Below the pieces are notes generated by a model, which saw only the letters and a list, made by a program, of their open reading frames with translations, did no database searches and was not told where the DNA came from. From positions 19,654,001-19,718,000 of the forward strand of contig NC_088861.1 in the NCBI RefSeq assembly GCF_963853765.1: a stretch of DNA of 64,000 nt, read 5' to 3'. Below, piece by piece: positions 33,101 through 45,841 of the stretch. The position numbers were made by a program, and so were the translations under genes. Positions within the stretch are counted from its first letter, which is position 1; every line of letters starts with the position of its first letter. This stretch comes from Magallana gigas. Its lineage: Eukaryota.

Positions 33101-34053
33101 TCTACGGAGCCTCGTAGCCCTCGACCTCCAGAGGTCAGGTATAGAGTGGGCCAAGTAATACGCCACAAAATATGGGGCTACCGAGGGGTAATTGTTGCTT
33201 GGGATCCACAAGCCAGGGTAAGGGGAACATAATTTACTAAAAGTGAAATTGAATCAAATCTCTCTAGTGAAATTTAGTGGTAAAACTCTCTTTCTCTTTT
33301 TATCTTTGTAATCAGGCCCCTGAAGGTTGGGTAGAACAGAACCACAGAAAAGACAAACCTGTGAGTATACCAGCTATCGATGCTTGACCAAAACACCCTA
33401 TTCATCAAATCTTGAGCATAAAAAGACATTTTACAAAAACTTTTTTTATTGTACATTTCAGCAATGGAGAACTCAGCCGAACTATGCCATCCTTGTAGAC
33501 ACTAGGGACAGAATGACGCCACAGCTGACGTATGTACCCCAGGAAAACATTGATATCATATCTAATGTCAAGGTAATTGTGACACTAGTGTCAAGGTCAT
33601 ATGAAACATTATGTTATATTGTACATGTTGTATACAAAACATTGATATCATATCGAATATTGAAGTAAAAATTTAACATTGATTTTATAGTAACTGTCAA
33701 AATAATCACTAATTTACACTTTAATAAAACATTTTTCTCTAGCGTCAAAGGCTTTTGTAAAACGTATATAAGATATCTGATGTTAATGATAATTTTAAGT
33801 ACATGTAAAACAATGATGTTAAATCTATATACCAGTAATATCAAGGTAAAAATTAAAGTTTGGAGGAATTTATCTTAGAGACCATCTTTAAGTTACATTT
33901 AAAGCTGTATTTTTTTCTTCAGAGAGAAGTAAAAACTGAAAAATTTCTTTATTTCAGATTATGCACCCCGGAATAGAAAACTACTTTGAAGGATTTGATG
34001 GTGCTCAGTACATACCTCGACCTTGGCTTAAAGCTGTGTTTCCTCATGATTGA
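30194..34053 (+). CDS. Uncharacterised 224-aa protein: N-terminal hydrophobic segment plus YccV/HspQ-like (hemimethylated-DNA-binding-like; FBXO21 C-terminal-like) domain
   Basis: Exons 30194-30315, 31082-31263, 33099-33217, 33316-33360, 33462-33572, 33958-34053 (675 nt, phases consistent). Protein: MPLDRRAGLQLGLLLMAVPLQYIVSRY...ESPALEVIKFKDPEGYFGASTEPRSPRPPEVRYRVGQVIRHKIWGYRGVIVAWDPQARAPEGW...QPNYAILVDTRDRMTPQLTYVPQENI...HPGIENYFEGFDGAQYIPRPWLKAVFPHD*. YRVGQVIRH..GYRGVIV.WD, QPxY.ILVD, TYVPQENI and HP.I..YF..FDG..Y match the YccV-like domain pattern. Confidence 0.85.
31367..31603. mobile_element. MITE (TACTGT...ACAGTA ends, mariner-like)
   Basis: tactgt...gaatcattaaaattcgtgg and ccacgaatttaaatgattccacagta are inverted termini; internal cacgaa/ttcgtg repeats. 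Confidence 0.75.
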
Positions 34054-35814
34054 CCTTGACCTCTTGTGATAAGTCCTTGACATTTCTTGATATTTTTGAC
34101 TTTCGTAAAAAAAGTGTATATATGGATATTTCAAGAGGGATGAAGTACATGTAGATTTATAGTTTATTTTTCTTGAATTGTTGTGGTTGTTTGGTAACAT
34201 TTTAATTTATTTGAACAGGGTTACTGGAAATTCTATTTTTCTATGCAAGATTTTGGTACATTCAAGTTGTCATTTTCTCAACATCATGCTGTGTTAACTT
34301 TGAGCTACCATATTTATTGTACAAAAAAACCCCAATCAATCTCAACAATGTAGAACGTAATTTGGCATTATAGTATTTTTTTCTTCACATTTTAGATTTT
34401 GTAATATACCAGTACACACTGTACTTGTGGACTTTGTGTTTCTCTTTGTTTTTATTTGGTAGTGTCTGTTTTAGATTAACTTTATTTTCAGTTAATTAAT
34501 TATATGTACAATGCATATTAAGAAGACATTCTCTTACATTTAATGTCAACAATCCAAATTTTAAATATGAATCTGACAAGGATTTCATTCAGTGACATGT
34601 GTGCAATGTATACTTTCACCTTTTGTCTTTCATTGTATAAATTAAGTTTATGAAAATGCCATATGTACATGTAAAACTCAACTGCTGTTGTATTAAACCA
34701 CACATATTTAGCTGTCCAACCATTAGTGGTTGCAAGCCAATACTTGCACTGCCTATGTTGAAAAAAAATATTACAAATGTATTTATGAGTTCATCATTTA
34801 ATTTAATATCATTGCATTTATTTTGAGATCTTTCTGTTGCTACATGTATTTGTAATGTATCTTTTTTCAACATCTGATGTGCCACAAACATACCCTGCCT
34901 AATTATGCTTTTTCCATCTTTTTTCTTTCATGAGGGGAAAAAGGTTGTTATACATAAATGTGAAAGTCTCAACATGTACATGTATTGTTCAACAAATAGA
35001 CATGAAGTTTGTTATGTTCATTAAAACGTGATACAAAAGCCTGTTTTTCTGTAGATTTTATTCTATATTGAGGTTTCATCTGGTGTTGTGAAATAAAGTT
35101 GAATACACTCAGTCAAACTTAGTATTTCCAAAATTGTTAACTTGAATATCAGAAAAAAAGTCAAAGTTACTTTATACTGACCCTTAAAATGGGTTTTTTG
35201 TTTAGTTTATTTAACTTGCATTTATCGAATTCTAGTTTAAAAGCATGAAGTTTGCTTCTCTGGGCTAGATTGTTTTGAGAAGGTTTGAATGTATTTTGTG
35301 AGCAATATTGTCTAATTTTATGGTAAATGATGGATATGAAAGCACAAAAAGATACTTCGATTGTTTCATGAGAAGAATACCGGTATGACATTTATTAAAA
35401 CATTCTCATATTGTTATCAAGATAAAGACTTGGGCTTAATGAGGTGCATATTTTTTAAAAACTCAAGTTGATCCGTGACCTGCCATTTACTTTTCAAATC
35501 TGCATAAACATCAGATATCAGAGAATTTCAAATACAAGTACACGTACAAGGAACAGTAATTGGAATTTTCAATTCACTTTGCAAATCCGTGATAATTGAA
35601 ATAACAATGTTCAAGATTCTGAAGTTTAACTCTGTATTTTGACTTCTGTAGGTATCTTCCCCCTCTTTTCCTGAAGATAATCGATTGTAATATGTACAGA
35701 AACTGACGATCGATGCAGAATAATGTCCATAATCGGCTAACGAGAGTTATGCATTTTTTCTACAATGATATAATCCTTCATACCCGCATGAAACACCACA
35801 TCTTCCAAGGTCAA

Positions 35815-36312
35815 GGGTTTATATTTACATCTACCAAGTATTATTTCCTCTATTTCTTACGGAAACATATAGTTAATCCATAGCTCTATAGAAACAGCCA
35901 GACTGAAATCTACACGCCCCGTTTATCGATTGGTCGAATTCTACAGCGGCTGAAACTGACGAGAAACTGACAGGACAGAAATTGACACGCCCTGTTTATC
36001 GATTGGTCTAAACCTACAGCAACCTAAGAAAAATCACGGACTGCACGAAATAATCATGATGATGTCAGACTCAAAGTCTCACAGGAGACAATTTGGCTAA
36101 ATTACTAAATTACTGTTTAACTAACGTACTTATGTACATAAACAGTAAATTAGTGAATCTTACTTACTTTTCGTTATCAATTTATTAATTAGTGAAAAGA
36201 AAGATGTTAATATAAACAATAAAATGCCTTCTTTTGTGATTCATGCGGGTTATGAAGGTATAGCGATCATTGCAGAAAAAATTACATAACCCGCTAACAC
36301 GGGTTATATCAT
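35815..36312 (+). mobile_element. Hairpin-ended non-autonomous interspersed element, copy 2 (second hairpin arm missing)
   Basis: Same family as 1950-2410; stops just after the hairpin apex ataacccgctaacacgggttat. Confidence 0.75.
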
Positions 36313-36984
36313 TAAATGACCCGGTCCCTACTAAGCCATTATTAATTAAAGAAGTCGTCGAATCATTTAAAAGATAAATCATAAACTGTTTTAACGGAAT
36401 CTACGGTAATTTTGTTTACCCGTAACTACGAAAAAAAACCCCAAAACAGCTTAACTAAAATTCATATTATTTTTAACCAAAAGCATTTTAAAGTGAAGTG
36501 AAAAGATCATGAAGCTAGCTGTCTTAGACTTTTTGGCAGTAGGCTATATACGTCTTATCATATCGTACATGTCAAGTAAAGTTCAAATTTTATTTAAAGA
36601 GTGTTTCCCTATGTTGTGGCAACCTGCGTATGCACAGTAAAAACTACATGTATAATTAATAAGTATTTTGTGAATGGGTGAAATTTTGACATCATTCTAG
36701 GATCTTTCATGATCCTGGGCTCAGATGTTCTTGAGGAAAAATTAAACCCTATTTTCTGTTCAATTATAGGGTATACTATAGTCCTTACTTTAAAAGAAAA
36801 TCTACAAAAGTAAACTAACTTTTTAATTACTACTATAACTCATATATGGAAATGAGATGCTTACATTCGTGGATCGTACGGTTATGAAAATATTAGGTAT
36901 TGTTAATTGTAGGGAAATTTAAGTATTTTACTGTTTTACGTTTACTACTCTCTTGTAATTCATATATAACGTTAATGAAAATAC

Positions 36985-37530
36985 TTAAACAATAAAATGC
37001 TTTCTTTGGTGGTTCATTCGGGATATGAAGGTAGCGACATTGCAGAAAAAATACATAACCCGCGTTAGCGGGTTATGTTACTTTTGTCTGCAATGATCGC
37101 TACCTTCATAACCCGAATGAATCATCAAAGAAAGCATTTTATTGCTTATATTAATATCTTTCTTTTAGCTAATTGATAAATTGATTATGAAAAGTAAGTA
37201 AAATTTACTAAATTACTGTTAATGTACGTAAGTACGTTATATAATTAGCTTAAAGAAACAGCCAAATCGTCTCCTGTGAGACTTTGATTCTGACATAGTC
37301 ATGATTATTTCGCGCAGTCCGTGATTGTATGTTTAAACCAACCGATAAACAGGGCGTGTCAATATCTGTCCTGTCATTTTCTTGTCAGTTTCAGCCGCTG
37401 TATATTTCGACCAATCGATAAACGGGGCGTGTAGATTTCAGTCTTGCTGTTTCTATAGAGCTATGAATTGACTATAAGTTTCCGTAGGAAATAGATGGAA
37501 TAATACTTGGTGGATGTAAATATATTTACG
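36985..37530 (-). mobile_element. Hairpin-ended non-autonomous interspersed element, copy 3 (inverted, full hairpin)
   Basis: Reverse complement of copy 2. Palindrome ~36988-37147 with ~75-bp arms, centred on taacccgc-gtta-gcgggtta. Confidence 0.8.
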
Positions 37531-38042
37531 TATAGAAATACAACACATTCGTAATTACATTTAAAGCGTAATAAAGTAATACAGATGGAGAAGCTAAACA
37601 TTCTGTTGCATGCTGGTCCATTATTTCCGTTATTTTTAATGTTTAATTTCAAATCAAAGTGTAACTATTATAGAAACATTGATCAATCTCGAAACAATTA
37701 AGCTACAAATTATTAGAAATAAAGCCTGATATAAGAATTTCATTTTATTTATATGCATTGAATAACCAAAGAACAAAATATAATAAAACACAACGAATGT
37801 GTTTATTGACTAATAATGACTTATAAAATTGGCAGAGGTTGATTTCGCACGTTAATGATGCTTTATTAAATAAATAAGAAAATATATTCATTAGATTTAA
37901 TTATACCGATATGCAAAAGGAAATTCAGTTGATTCGGAAGGAACGCATATGATCCTTCCCTTTTCAACTATGTTAGACAAGTCAAACTATCTCCTTTAAA
38001 TTCCCCCATATTTTATTTTTAAAATTTTACTTCATTCGGAGA

Positions 38043-39171
38043 TCAGTCTCCTTTGATGTTTCCAACAATTAATATAACGCCAGTCCACAGAGAGGTTAAA
38101 ATAGCCACGAATGTCAGATAGAAAGAAAAACTGAGATCCTCCTTCTGGTAGTCCCTGTCTCGGAATTTGGCTGCGAATATTGTCACACAGAGGAATATCA
38201 TACCTGCTGAAAAAAACACAAAATAAAAAATTGAGTGTGAATTTTCTCCTATATGTCAGTTACCCATTCACATNNNNNNNNNNNNNNNNNNNNNNNNNNN
38301 NNNNNNNNNNNNNNNNNNNNNNNNNNNNNNNNNNNNNNNNNNNNNNNNNNNNNNNNNNNNNNNNNNNNNNNNNNNNNNNNNNNNNNNNNNNNNNNNNNNN
38401 NNNNNNNCAAAGGCAGCCGAAATTATGGCCTTACGAAGCCGCTCGTCTTGTTTCCAAATAAACATGTACAATATCATCAAGATAAAACAGGAGATCACGC
38501 AAATCAGGGCCAAACACCCGAACGTCTGGTAGACATGAATCCATCCTGAAATCAGTAGCGTCATAGGGTATAATACCATGTATAGTTATTTTTACAAGGC
38601 TTAAAAAATATCTATAGAATTCCCCAACTTTGTAACCCATTTTCTTATTGTCTCATTCCCTTAGTTACCCAATAATCGCTCATTTCATCAACATTTATTT
38701 CGTGTTACGAAATAAGTACGTAGCGGACTTAAATAAGTCTAGTACAATGTATCTAGTATGGAATACACATGCATCAACAAAATACATGTTTTATTAGTAC
38801 AGTACAGCTTAGCTTAGCTTAGCTTAGCTTGGCTCAGCTTAGCTCAGCTTAGCTTAGCTTTGCTTGGCTTAGTTTAGCTTACCTTACAGAATATAGCTTA
38901 CAGCCGTATACCATATAATACCCATCATACTTCAGGTGTCATATTGATCAAACGAAAATACAATCTTCACAAAAATACCTGGATTGGAGGTGAGTACATT
39001 GTTGGAACACGTCTTGGTGATGAAATTTGAGAGACAGGACTGCCACAGTCCGCCGTAGATCTCCCGGGTCCCCTGGTCTATGTAGTACCAGAATGGCGCG
39101 GAAAACGACAATGTGTAGGACACGAAGGTGATCACCGTGGCTACGAACCCTGTCACCTTGTACAGACCCAT
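38043..39171 (-). CDS. Claudin/PMP22/EMP/MP20-family four-pass membrane protein, ~164 aa
   Basis: Exons 39171-38979, 38545-38408 (abuts the N gap) and 38206-38043 give MGLYKVTGFVATVITFVSYTLSFSAPFWYY...YGGLWQSC...C...GWIHVYQTFGCLALICVISCFILMILYMF...AGMIFLCVTIFAAKF...LSFSFYLTFVAILTSLWTGVILIVGNIKGD*. It has the W...GLW..C..C motif and four hydrophobic segments. The exon 2 donor is hidden in the gap. Confidence 0.85.
38274..38407. other. Assembly gap (N run)
   Basis: Run of n bases. Confidence 1.
38806..38880 (+). repeat. (AGCTT)n pentanucleotide microsatellite
   Basis: ~15 near-perfect agctt/ggctt/agctc units in the first coding intron of the claudin-like gene. Confidence 0.9.
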
Positions 39172-39611
39172 TGCTGACCCCTAAAACACGTGCACGCCTA
39201 AAGTGCAATACTACGTGTAAGTGTGATTAAAAAAAAAACACTATAGCACTTGGTCCAGTAATGATATCTCCCGGTAATTTTTCATCATTCGGGAATATTC
39301 ACAATCTCAAACGGAAAATTTGTAAATGCCATTGATAAAAAATCCAAGTCAGCATGTGATATAAAAGATTGAACGTTGATTTATAACGATACACTACAGA
39401 TTCATATACTATGTAAATGAAAATAATTCAACTTAAAAGGTGTCAGTTCTTATCGATAAGCAAGGGTATCTGTGTTGTCTATATATCATACTACAGGTAG
39501 TGTACTATAGACTAGTGTAAGTAGTATATATCTGCATGAATTTTGATTGCATGATTGCAGATTTATCAGAGATGATCATGATAAATGAACCAGATATGAA
39601 ATGTCTCTTTA

Positions 39612-40470
39612 GTTTAAACAATATTTATTCATTATAGATTCAAGTACATTTACATGATGAACATTACAATTGTAAGATCGGGAAACAAGCCATAGGGCAT
39701 ATATTAATCCCTCTCTTGCATACACTGCAGAAATGAGAGGTGTGAAATGAAATGTAAGTCCAAGGAACAAAATAGGAAAATGTGTCAAAAGTCAAAGTTG
39801 GAAACACGTTTTATAAGGTAATGAAAAAAAGTCAACAAAATAAAATATCATGAAAAGAATATTACAATATATTCGTTGGTTGAACACCAGAACAGAAATA
39901 TAGTATACATAATCACGTGTTAATGTTCAAACACATCCATACAAAAAAGAAAAAGTGGCTTTATTTCTTACACCAGTTATGTGTACGTTTTCAGTAAAAT
40001 TTTAACTCAATACATGCTAACACATCATAGAGATACCGTAGGATTTTTGCCGATTTCCATTAATTATTGTCATAAATATAAATATAAGTGGTGGGAATAA
40101 GATAAACAGGCAACCGAAAAAAGGTATTATTATTGTACAACATTCTACGTGATATTATGATTGCTAAATCTTTTACTCTCAAGTATAAATCTTTGTACGG
40201 TGTGAAAAATTTGTTCATTTTCTACAATACTTAGATAATTAGATCCGTAGAGTAGTAAGTTAGGGTCTGTAGAATTTGCAAGTGTGTTTATTGTTATATT
40301 TCGTATTGTAGCATATTTTGGACAATGCAAGAGGTAATGATCAGTGTTTTCTACTGACCCACACGAACAAAAAGGGGATGGACAAAGGTTTCTGTTGAAC
40401 ATATAAAGATTTAAAGTACTACATTCTAAACGTAGTTGAAATGTCTCTTTTGTTGTATAGCTCGGTTGTA
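39612..40470 (-). mobile_element. 5'-truncated CR1/L2-type LINE remnant (ORF2 C-terminus plus 3' UTR)
   Basis: ORF 40145-40525(-) contains QLRLECSTLNLYMFNRNLCPSPFCSCGSVENTDHYLLHCPKY...LLLYGS...IFHTVQRFILESKRF, the C-terminal CCHC-type region typical of invertebrate CR1-like ORF2. The 3' end reads aataaatattgtttaaac. Confidence 0.75.
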
Positions 40471-40937
40471 CCGGTTTGCGGATCCTCGTATAATTCTTAT
40501 AGAGTGTTATTTTAGGAAAATTCATCTATTGGTGATATTATGTAATTTATTTAAAATATAATAGTAATTTTACATATACCCTTTTTCAAACACACTCGTT
40601 TAAAACTCATATACCAGAATACTCACAGGGCACGGATCCAGATTTTTATTACTGGTGGGGTTACATTGCTGGGTGGGTGTGAATTTAGTCTGAATTATAA
40701 GGTGTCTGAGTTTTCAAAGTGGTTAATTCGGGCTCTTCTCCTCCATATAGATATATTTTAGAAAATTACTTTATTCGGGAGAAGAATATATTCTTAAAAA
40801 ATTAAAAATGTAAAAAATATAATTATACGGTTCTTTGGATATTCATTTTGAATAACATTGTGGCTTCGTTAAAATAACGTCAAAGGAACCGGTTTGATTA
40901 CTTTGGCAGCATCATCAAACAAATGCGGCACACTATT

Positions 40938-41194
40938 CAGGCACGTAGCATCGGGGGGGGGGGGGGGGGGGGGGGGTGCCCCCCCCCCCCCCCCCCACTT
41001 TTTCTCACAGCAACTAATTTTTTAAAATTTACATATAAAATATTGAATTATCATGGAGTTGCCCCCCCCCCTTTTTGGAGGATGTAAAACATTGATATGA
41101 AAAGAAGGAAATTAGGAATTTTTTTTTGCTTGTCAACATTTTTTGGATGAGTCTGCCCCCCCCCCCCCCTTTCAAAAACGATGCTACGTGCCTG
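40938..41194. mobile_element. MITE with 16-bp perfect TIRs and internal poly-G/poly-C tracts
   Basis: caggcacgtagcatcg...cgatgctacgtgcctg, with ctatt directly on both sides. Confidence 0.8.
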
Positions 41195-41458
41195 CTATTA
41201 ACGGAGGACACCGACAGCAGACTGAGCATGGCCAGGAAAGTATTTGGAGAAATGAATTAATTAATGTTTAAAATTTTTATTAGTTAAAAACAACATTACA
41301 GATACTTCTTTCCTTTGCGATAAAAATGATGGATACCGTTACCGTTAAAAGAATTTCGTCAATTAGTCACATGAGCCGTATTCGTGTATTAGTAATACCC
41401 TACTTTCACTTCGGTCACATGACGATGTTTTGCATTTTGCACTACCGTGACTAGGAAG

Positions 41459-44400
41459 ATGAAACGAACGAGGTTTAAATGGACTTTATTTAACGTAGTC
41501 TCTCTATTTTTTGGAATAACCTATAGTTTAGAATGTAGTCCATCTACTTTGCCTCTTGAATTTTCGTCGTTTTATTTTCTTCGCCATCAAGAATATGTGT
41601 TCCCTGATGTTACGTTTCAAAGTTTAAAAGCTGATATTCCGGAGTCAAATATGACTGACGCATGCTGTTCATATTTAGATAATTTTGCGAACAGCGCTTC
41701 AAACTTCATTAAGTGTTCAATAGAACGATCGAGGCCGTTCAGATTCTGTGAGGAGTGTGTGATACCTTATGCAAGGGCGAAAAGCATTTATGAAGACATT
41801 GAAAAGGTGATTATTAAAGTAAAATAATAGCTAACAGTCTTGGCTAGTTTTATGGGAGTGCTAGTTAACATTCATTCAGTTTTTGATTATAATTCAGTAA
41901 TTATTAGATTTATCATCAGTTTGTTTGGCCAAATGAATGAAAAGAGATTAATATCCAATTTAAATCTTTCATCAGAAGTTGGATTTGTTGTATTTTCAGA
42001 ATGTTGGAGGCTGCCATGTTGTTTTACTGGATGCAGACAGAGTGCAATCAATATTACAGATCTATACCATGATAAAGACTCTCTGGGATAAATCCTATTG
42101 TGACAGTAAGACCTTATTATCTTAACATATGCTCCCTTCCCTTTGCATGCAAAATTTTTATGTGTGATGGTCAGTCAGGTCAATCGATGGCACGGATAGG
42201 TCAGTAGAGCTCCTGACTAGAGAATCAGGGGGCCAAGTTTAAATTGTAAGTTGTGTTCTTTTATAAATTTATAAATGCCCCTCCACTTTGGTTTTGTATT
42301 GTTAAACATGATATTGACTTTGGACAGCCTAAATATTATATATAATTAATTAACAGAATGATCAGTCTTACAGAAATGTACAATGTTCAAAGCAAATGAA
42401 TCACTTGGGCTGGGTTATCAGAAAAATGTAAATTTGTATTCATTTTTAAAAATGTTCTCAGAGCTGTTTCAAAGTAAAAAAAATATAATCATGACTGTTA
42501 TAGTATGTGTGTTCTGTGAATACTGTGGTTTCATCAATATTCGTTGAATACCAATTTTCGTGGATTTCGTTGTTAAGTTGATCCACGAAATTAAATGTTC
42601 ATTGAAATGCAATTTCTATTAATAACATTTTGTAATATTGATTGGGTCATTGACCATGAATTTACGTATCCTTGAAACTGTGATTTTCACTTTATCCACG
42701 AAAATTGATACCCTTGAATATTAATGAAACTACAGTATTTGATTATTTATAAACATCCACATAAACCCTGTGCTTTTGCTGTGGTAAAAGTGGTACAGTA
42801 TGTACATGTAAGATAATGTACAGATATTACATAATTTATCATATTTTTAATTTTCTTTTTCGGCTTGAATATCAGAATACATGTACTAGTACCCGGTACC
42901 TTGTAGATTGCTTTGTACAAGAATCCATCAAAGAGGATGGAAATGGGACGGTATCCTACGAGTTTAACACCGATACTATCGACTTCCTGGACCAGTACAA
43001 AAGCCTGACTTTATGTATAAAACCGTACACCAACGACACTTATCCAGACATCAATAGAGAGGTAAAGTCATCATTATTAGGGTCCAGAGATCACCCACCA
43101 CCCATCAGATTTTGAATTGCACTAAGAGGAAGGTTATCGGTAGAAAATTTAACGCTATGTGTTTTTAAAAGTGTCACATCTTGCATCAATTTCTAAGGCA
43201 TCGTAATACCGGGTATATTTTACCGTAATCACTTCTTTTTATGCCTAATTCAGCAAATTAAGAAATGGTACTGGTTAGTAGTAAGGATACCGGTTGTAAT
43301 ATTATCTACTAACAGTTGAGAACTGATAAATAAATCATACTGCATATAATTCTGAACATTTGCGGCATGTTCATTATTACCCTGCCTTTGTTTTTTCAGA
43401 CAGTCGTCAACAAAACAGTTTGCAGTGCCTGCCTACAGGATTATTCCACACTCAATAGTCATTTTAAGGACATCAGGAAAACCACAGGTGGAAAAATATG
43501 CATGGACCTTGTTGACATGGTTGGTTTACATGTATTTTACATATAACTATATGTTATGTCAGAAGTATTTCATTGCTGCAATACTATATGCAGGGTTATT
43601 TTCCCCTGTGTTATTTTCGTCCTTTTTTACTTGTAAACGGTGTGCCCCGTCATGAGTTTGCTCAGGCATAGTTGTGAATAAAGAAAGATAGTTTGAGACA
43701 AAGGAATTTGCCCAGTCTTAAATTCACCCACTGACAACGATGGTGACAGGAGCAAAAATAAAACGGGGGCAAGTATTTCCCTGTATACAGTAATAGGATG
43801 GGGATGATCAATTTAGGAAAAAATCTCTTGTTTTTAAGTTTCAGCTTGTATTTTGGTTGAAAAGTTAAATGAAAATCATCTTAAATTAAAAGGCTGCAAA
43901 AGGTCTTTCTTTGAGGAGAAAAAAAATCAGAGGTAAGGTTACAGGGTAAATATATCAATCTTTCTTCTTCACAATATGTGTTTTGCTGACATAGAGTTGT
44001 AATGTAAAGCATTACAGTTCTCTGTATCTGTATATTACTTAAAAATACAACATTCACTGGGAAGTTCATGCTTTGTAAGTTCAAGAATTAATGATAAAAT
44101 AATACCACTACATGTATATTATCAATGATTATTGATGAAACAACCCAATGCTGACAGACTGCATGCTTCCTTTACAGATGAACTACACGCGGTTGATGTG
44201 GGGAGGGGAGACGGACCTGAACTGTACCCAGCATGACAGAGACGACATGCCTGTCTTACTGACCAGCTTCATCCTCCTGACCACCCCCCTGCTGTTCTAC
44301 GGCGCCAGCTGTATCTGTGGGGAGAGGAGGAAACTCAAACTCTTGACACGTGAGCAACTAAGTTTATTTTATCAATTAGGTGATTGGGGGGGGGGGTATT

Positions 44401-44950
44401 GTTAGTGTGGATTTAGAGGTATTGTCTTTAGCTTCTTGTTTCACTTCAGCTCATACCTTCCTTACGTTCTATTTAAGACAGTGTGTTAAAATCCTTATTT
44501 TTCACTTACATCTAAGAAGACTTGATATCTTACTGTGAAGTGCCTGTATTATTGGGGACAGGATTTCTGAAGTTCCTTTATATTTATTTAGAGTGTGACA
44601 TTTATATTACTAATGAACAACTTGAACCAAAAATAATTAGCTGGAATAATGTAATACTTATGTTTTTGTATAGCAAAAGTGGTTGGATTTTATTTATAAA
44701 AGCATTATCAAATTTTAAAAGCACTTCGTTGATTTTATTTTTAAAAAGCTTTGCAACTCATATTTTATGTTCTGTATCATAAATTCTCAAAACAATAATT
44801 TCATGCCCTGTATGATAAACCAGTGCACATACAAAATAATAATTCTTTTCAGAGAAGAGACTGAAGAATCCGATATCTGTGGAAGTTTCCCACCTGAACC
44901 ATAGCTCAGAGGGTAATCACGTCTATAGCCACACCAACAGCGTGTCATAG
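41459..44950 (+). CDS. OSTM1: Osteopetrosis-associated transmembrane protein 1 (ClC-7 beta subunit), ~332 aa
   Basis: Exons 41459-41806, 42000-42105, 42907-43061, 43400-43519, 44178-44349, 44853-44950 (999 nt). Signal-peptide-like N-terminus; Cys-rich luminal domain (CCSYLDNFANSASNFIKCSIERSRPFRFCEEC; CHVVLLDADRVQ; LWDKSYCDNC; VCSACLQDYSTLN; KICMDLVDMMNYTRLMW..LNC); one TM segment (VLLTSFILLTTPLLFYGAS); basic tail. Confidence 0.9.
42175..42245 (+). mobile_element. Truncated tRNA-like SINE head in an OSTM1 intron
   Basis: gatggcacggataggtcagtagagctcctgactagagaatcagggggccaagtttaaat resembles a decayed tRNA with A/B boxes. Confidence 0.35.
42521..42737. mobile_element. MITE (TACTGT...ACAGTA ends)
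   Basis: tactgtggtttcatcaatattc / gaatattaatgaaactacagta terminal inverted repeats. Confidence 0.75.
43579..43791. mobile_element. Degenerate MITE in an OSTM1 intron
   Basis: tactatatgcagggttattttcccctgtgttattttcg...caaaaataaaacgggggcaagtatttccctgtatacagta imperfect inverted ends. Confidence 0.55.
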
Positions 44951-45807
44951 AATCTCTGTCATCGTAGGGGTCTTACAGGACTATAAATTCCGACCAGCAC
45001 ATCTACCTTCTCTGTGTCATTTATGGCATTTACAGAAATTAACTCTAAAGAAGTTTCAAAAGAATTGTTGATATTCTGTTGTTTTTGTTACATATACATG
45101 TATATTATAGAAATGGGTATTTTTAATATATACAGCAGAATATTTACATTCTACTGTGTTTTTCCATTAAATTCTGTGATCTTCAAATGCCTCTAAATGC
45201 AACAAGTAGTCAAAGGTCAAATTGACGAGTTTTATTATGACGTCACACACCTTGAACGCTGTAAACTGCAATGTCACAAGCGAAAATCAAAGTCCACGCT
45301 TGTGGCTGTTACTGTGGCTCTTCCATTAATATTAACTTACCCTTAGGATAAGATAGGAATTTTAAGGTATGAATCACATTTGCAGACAAGGCAAGAGATT
45401 GTGGTCAATTTACATCAAAAGATGAGTAGTATATATTTTTTATATGTTGCAACCTATTTAATTAATATAGTTTTAAATTATTCTTCATAACTATGTATTA
45501 GACCCTGTTTTTAAGGAACATTACTTTTCTAAGAGAGACAACTCTCAATAAAACAGCATTTCTGTCCATTGTTTTAGAATGTGATAATTACTACATTTTT
45601 GTTATCTGAACAAATAAAATCTGTCTCTTTTCCATAGAACATGCATTATACTTATCACAATAAATTTAATAGTACTGTAAAAGTTTTCATTGCATCAAAC
45701 AGAGGGTTTGTTGATTATATTATATTCACTGCAGTACTGTTACACAAAAGGAAACTATAAGTTTAACGCTAACACTGCATATAGAAAAAGTTTTAAAGTT
45801 AAATTCC

Positions 45808-45841
<34 letters not shown>

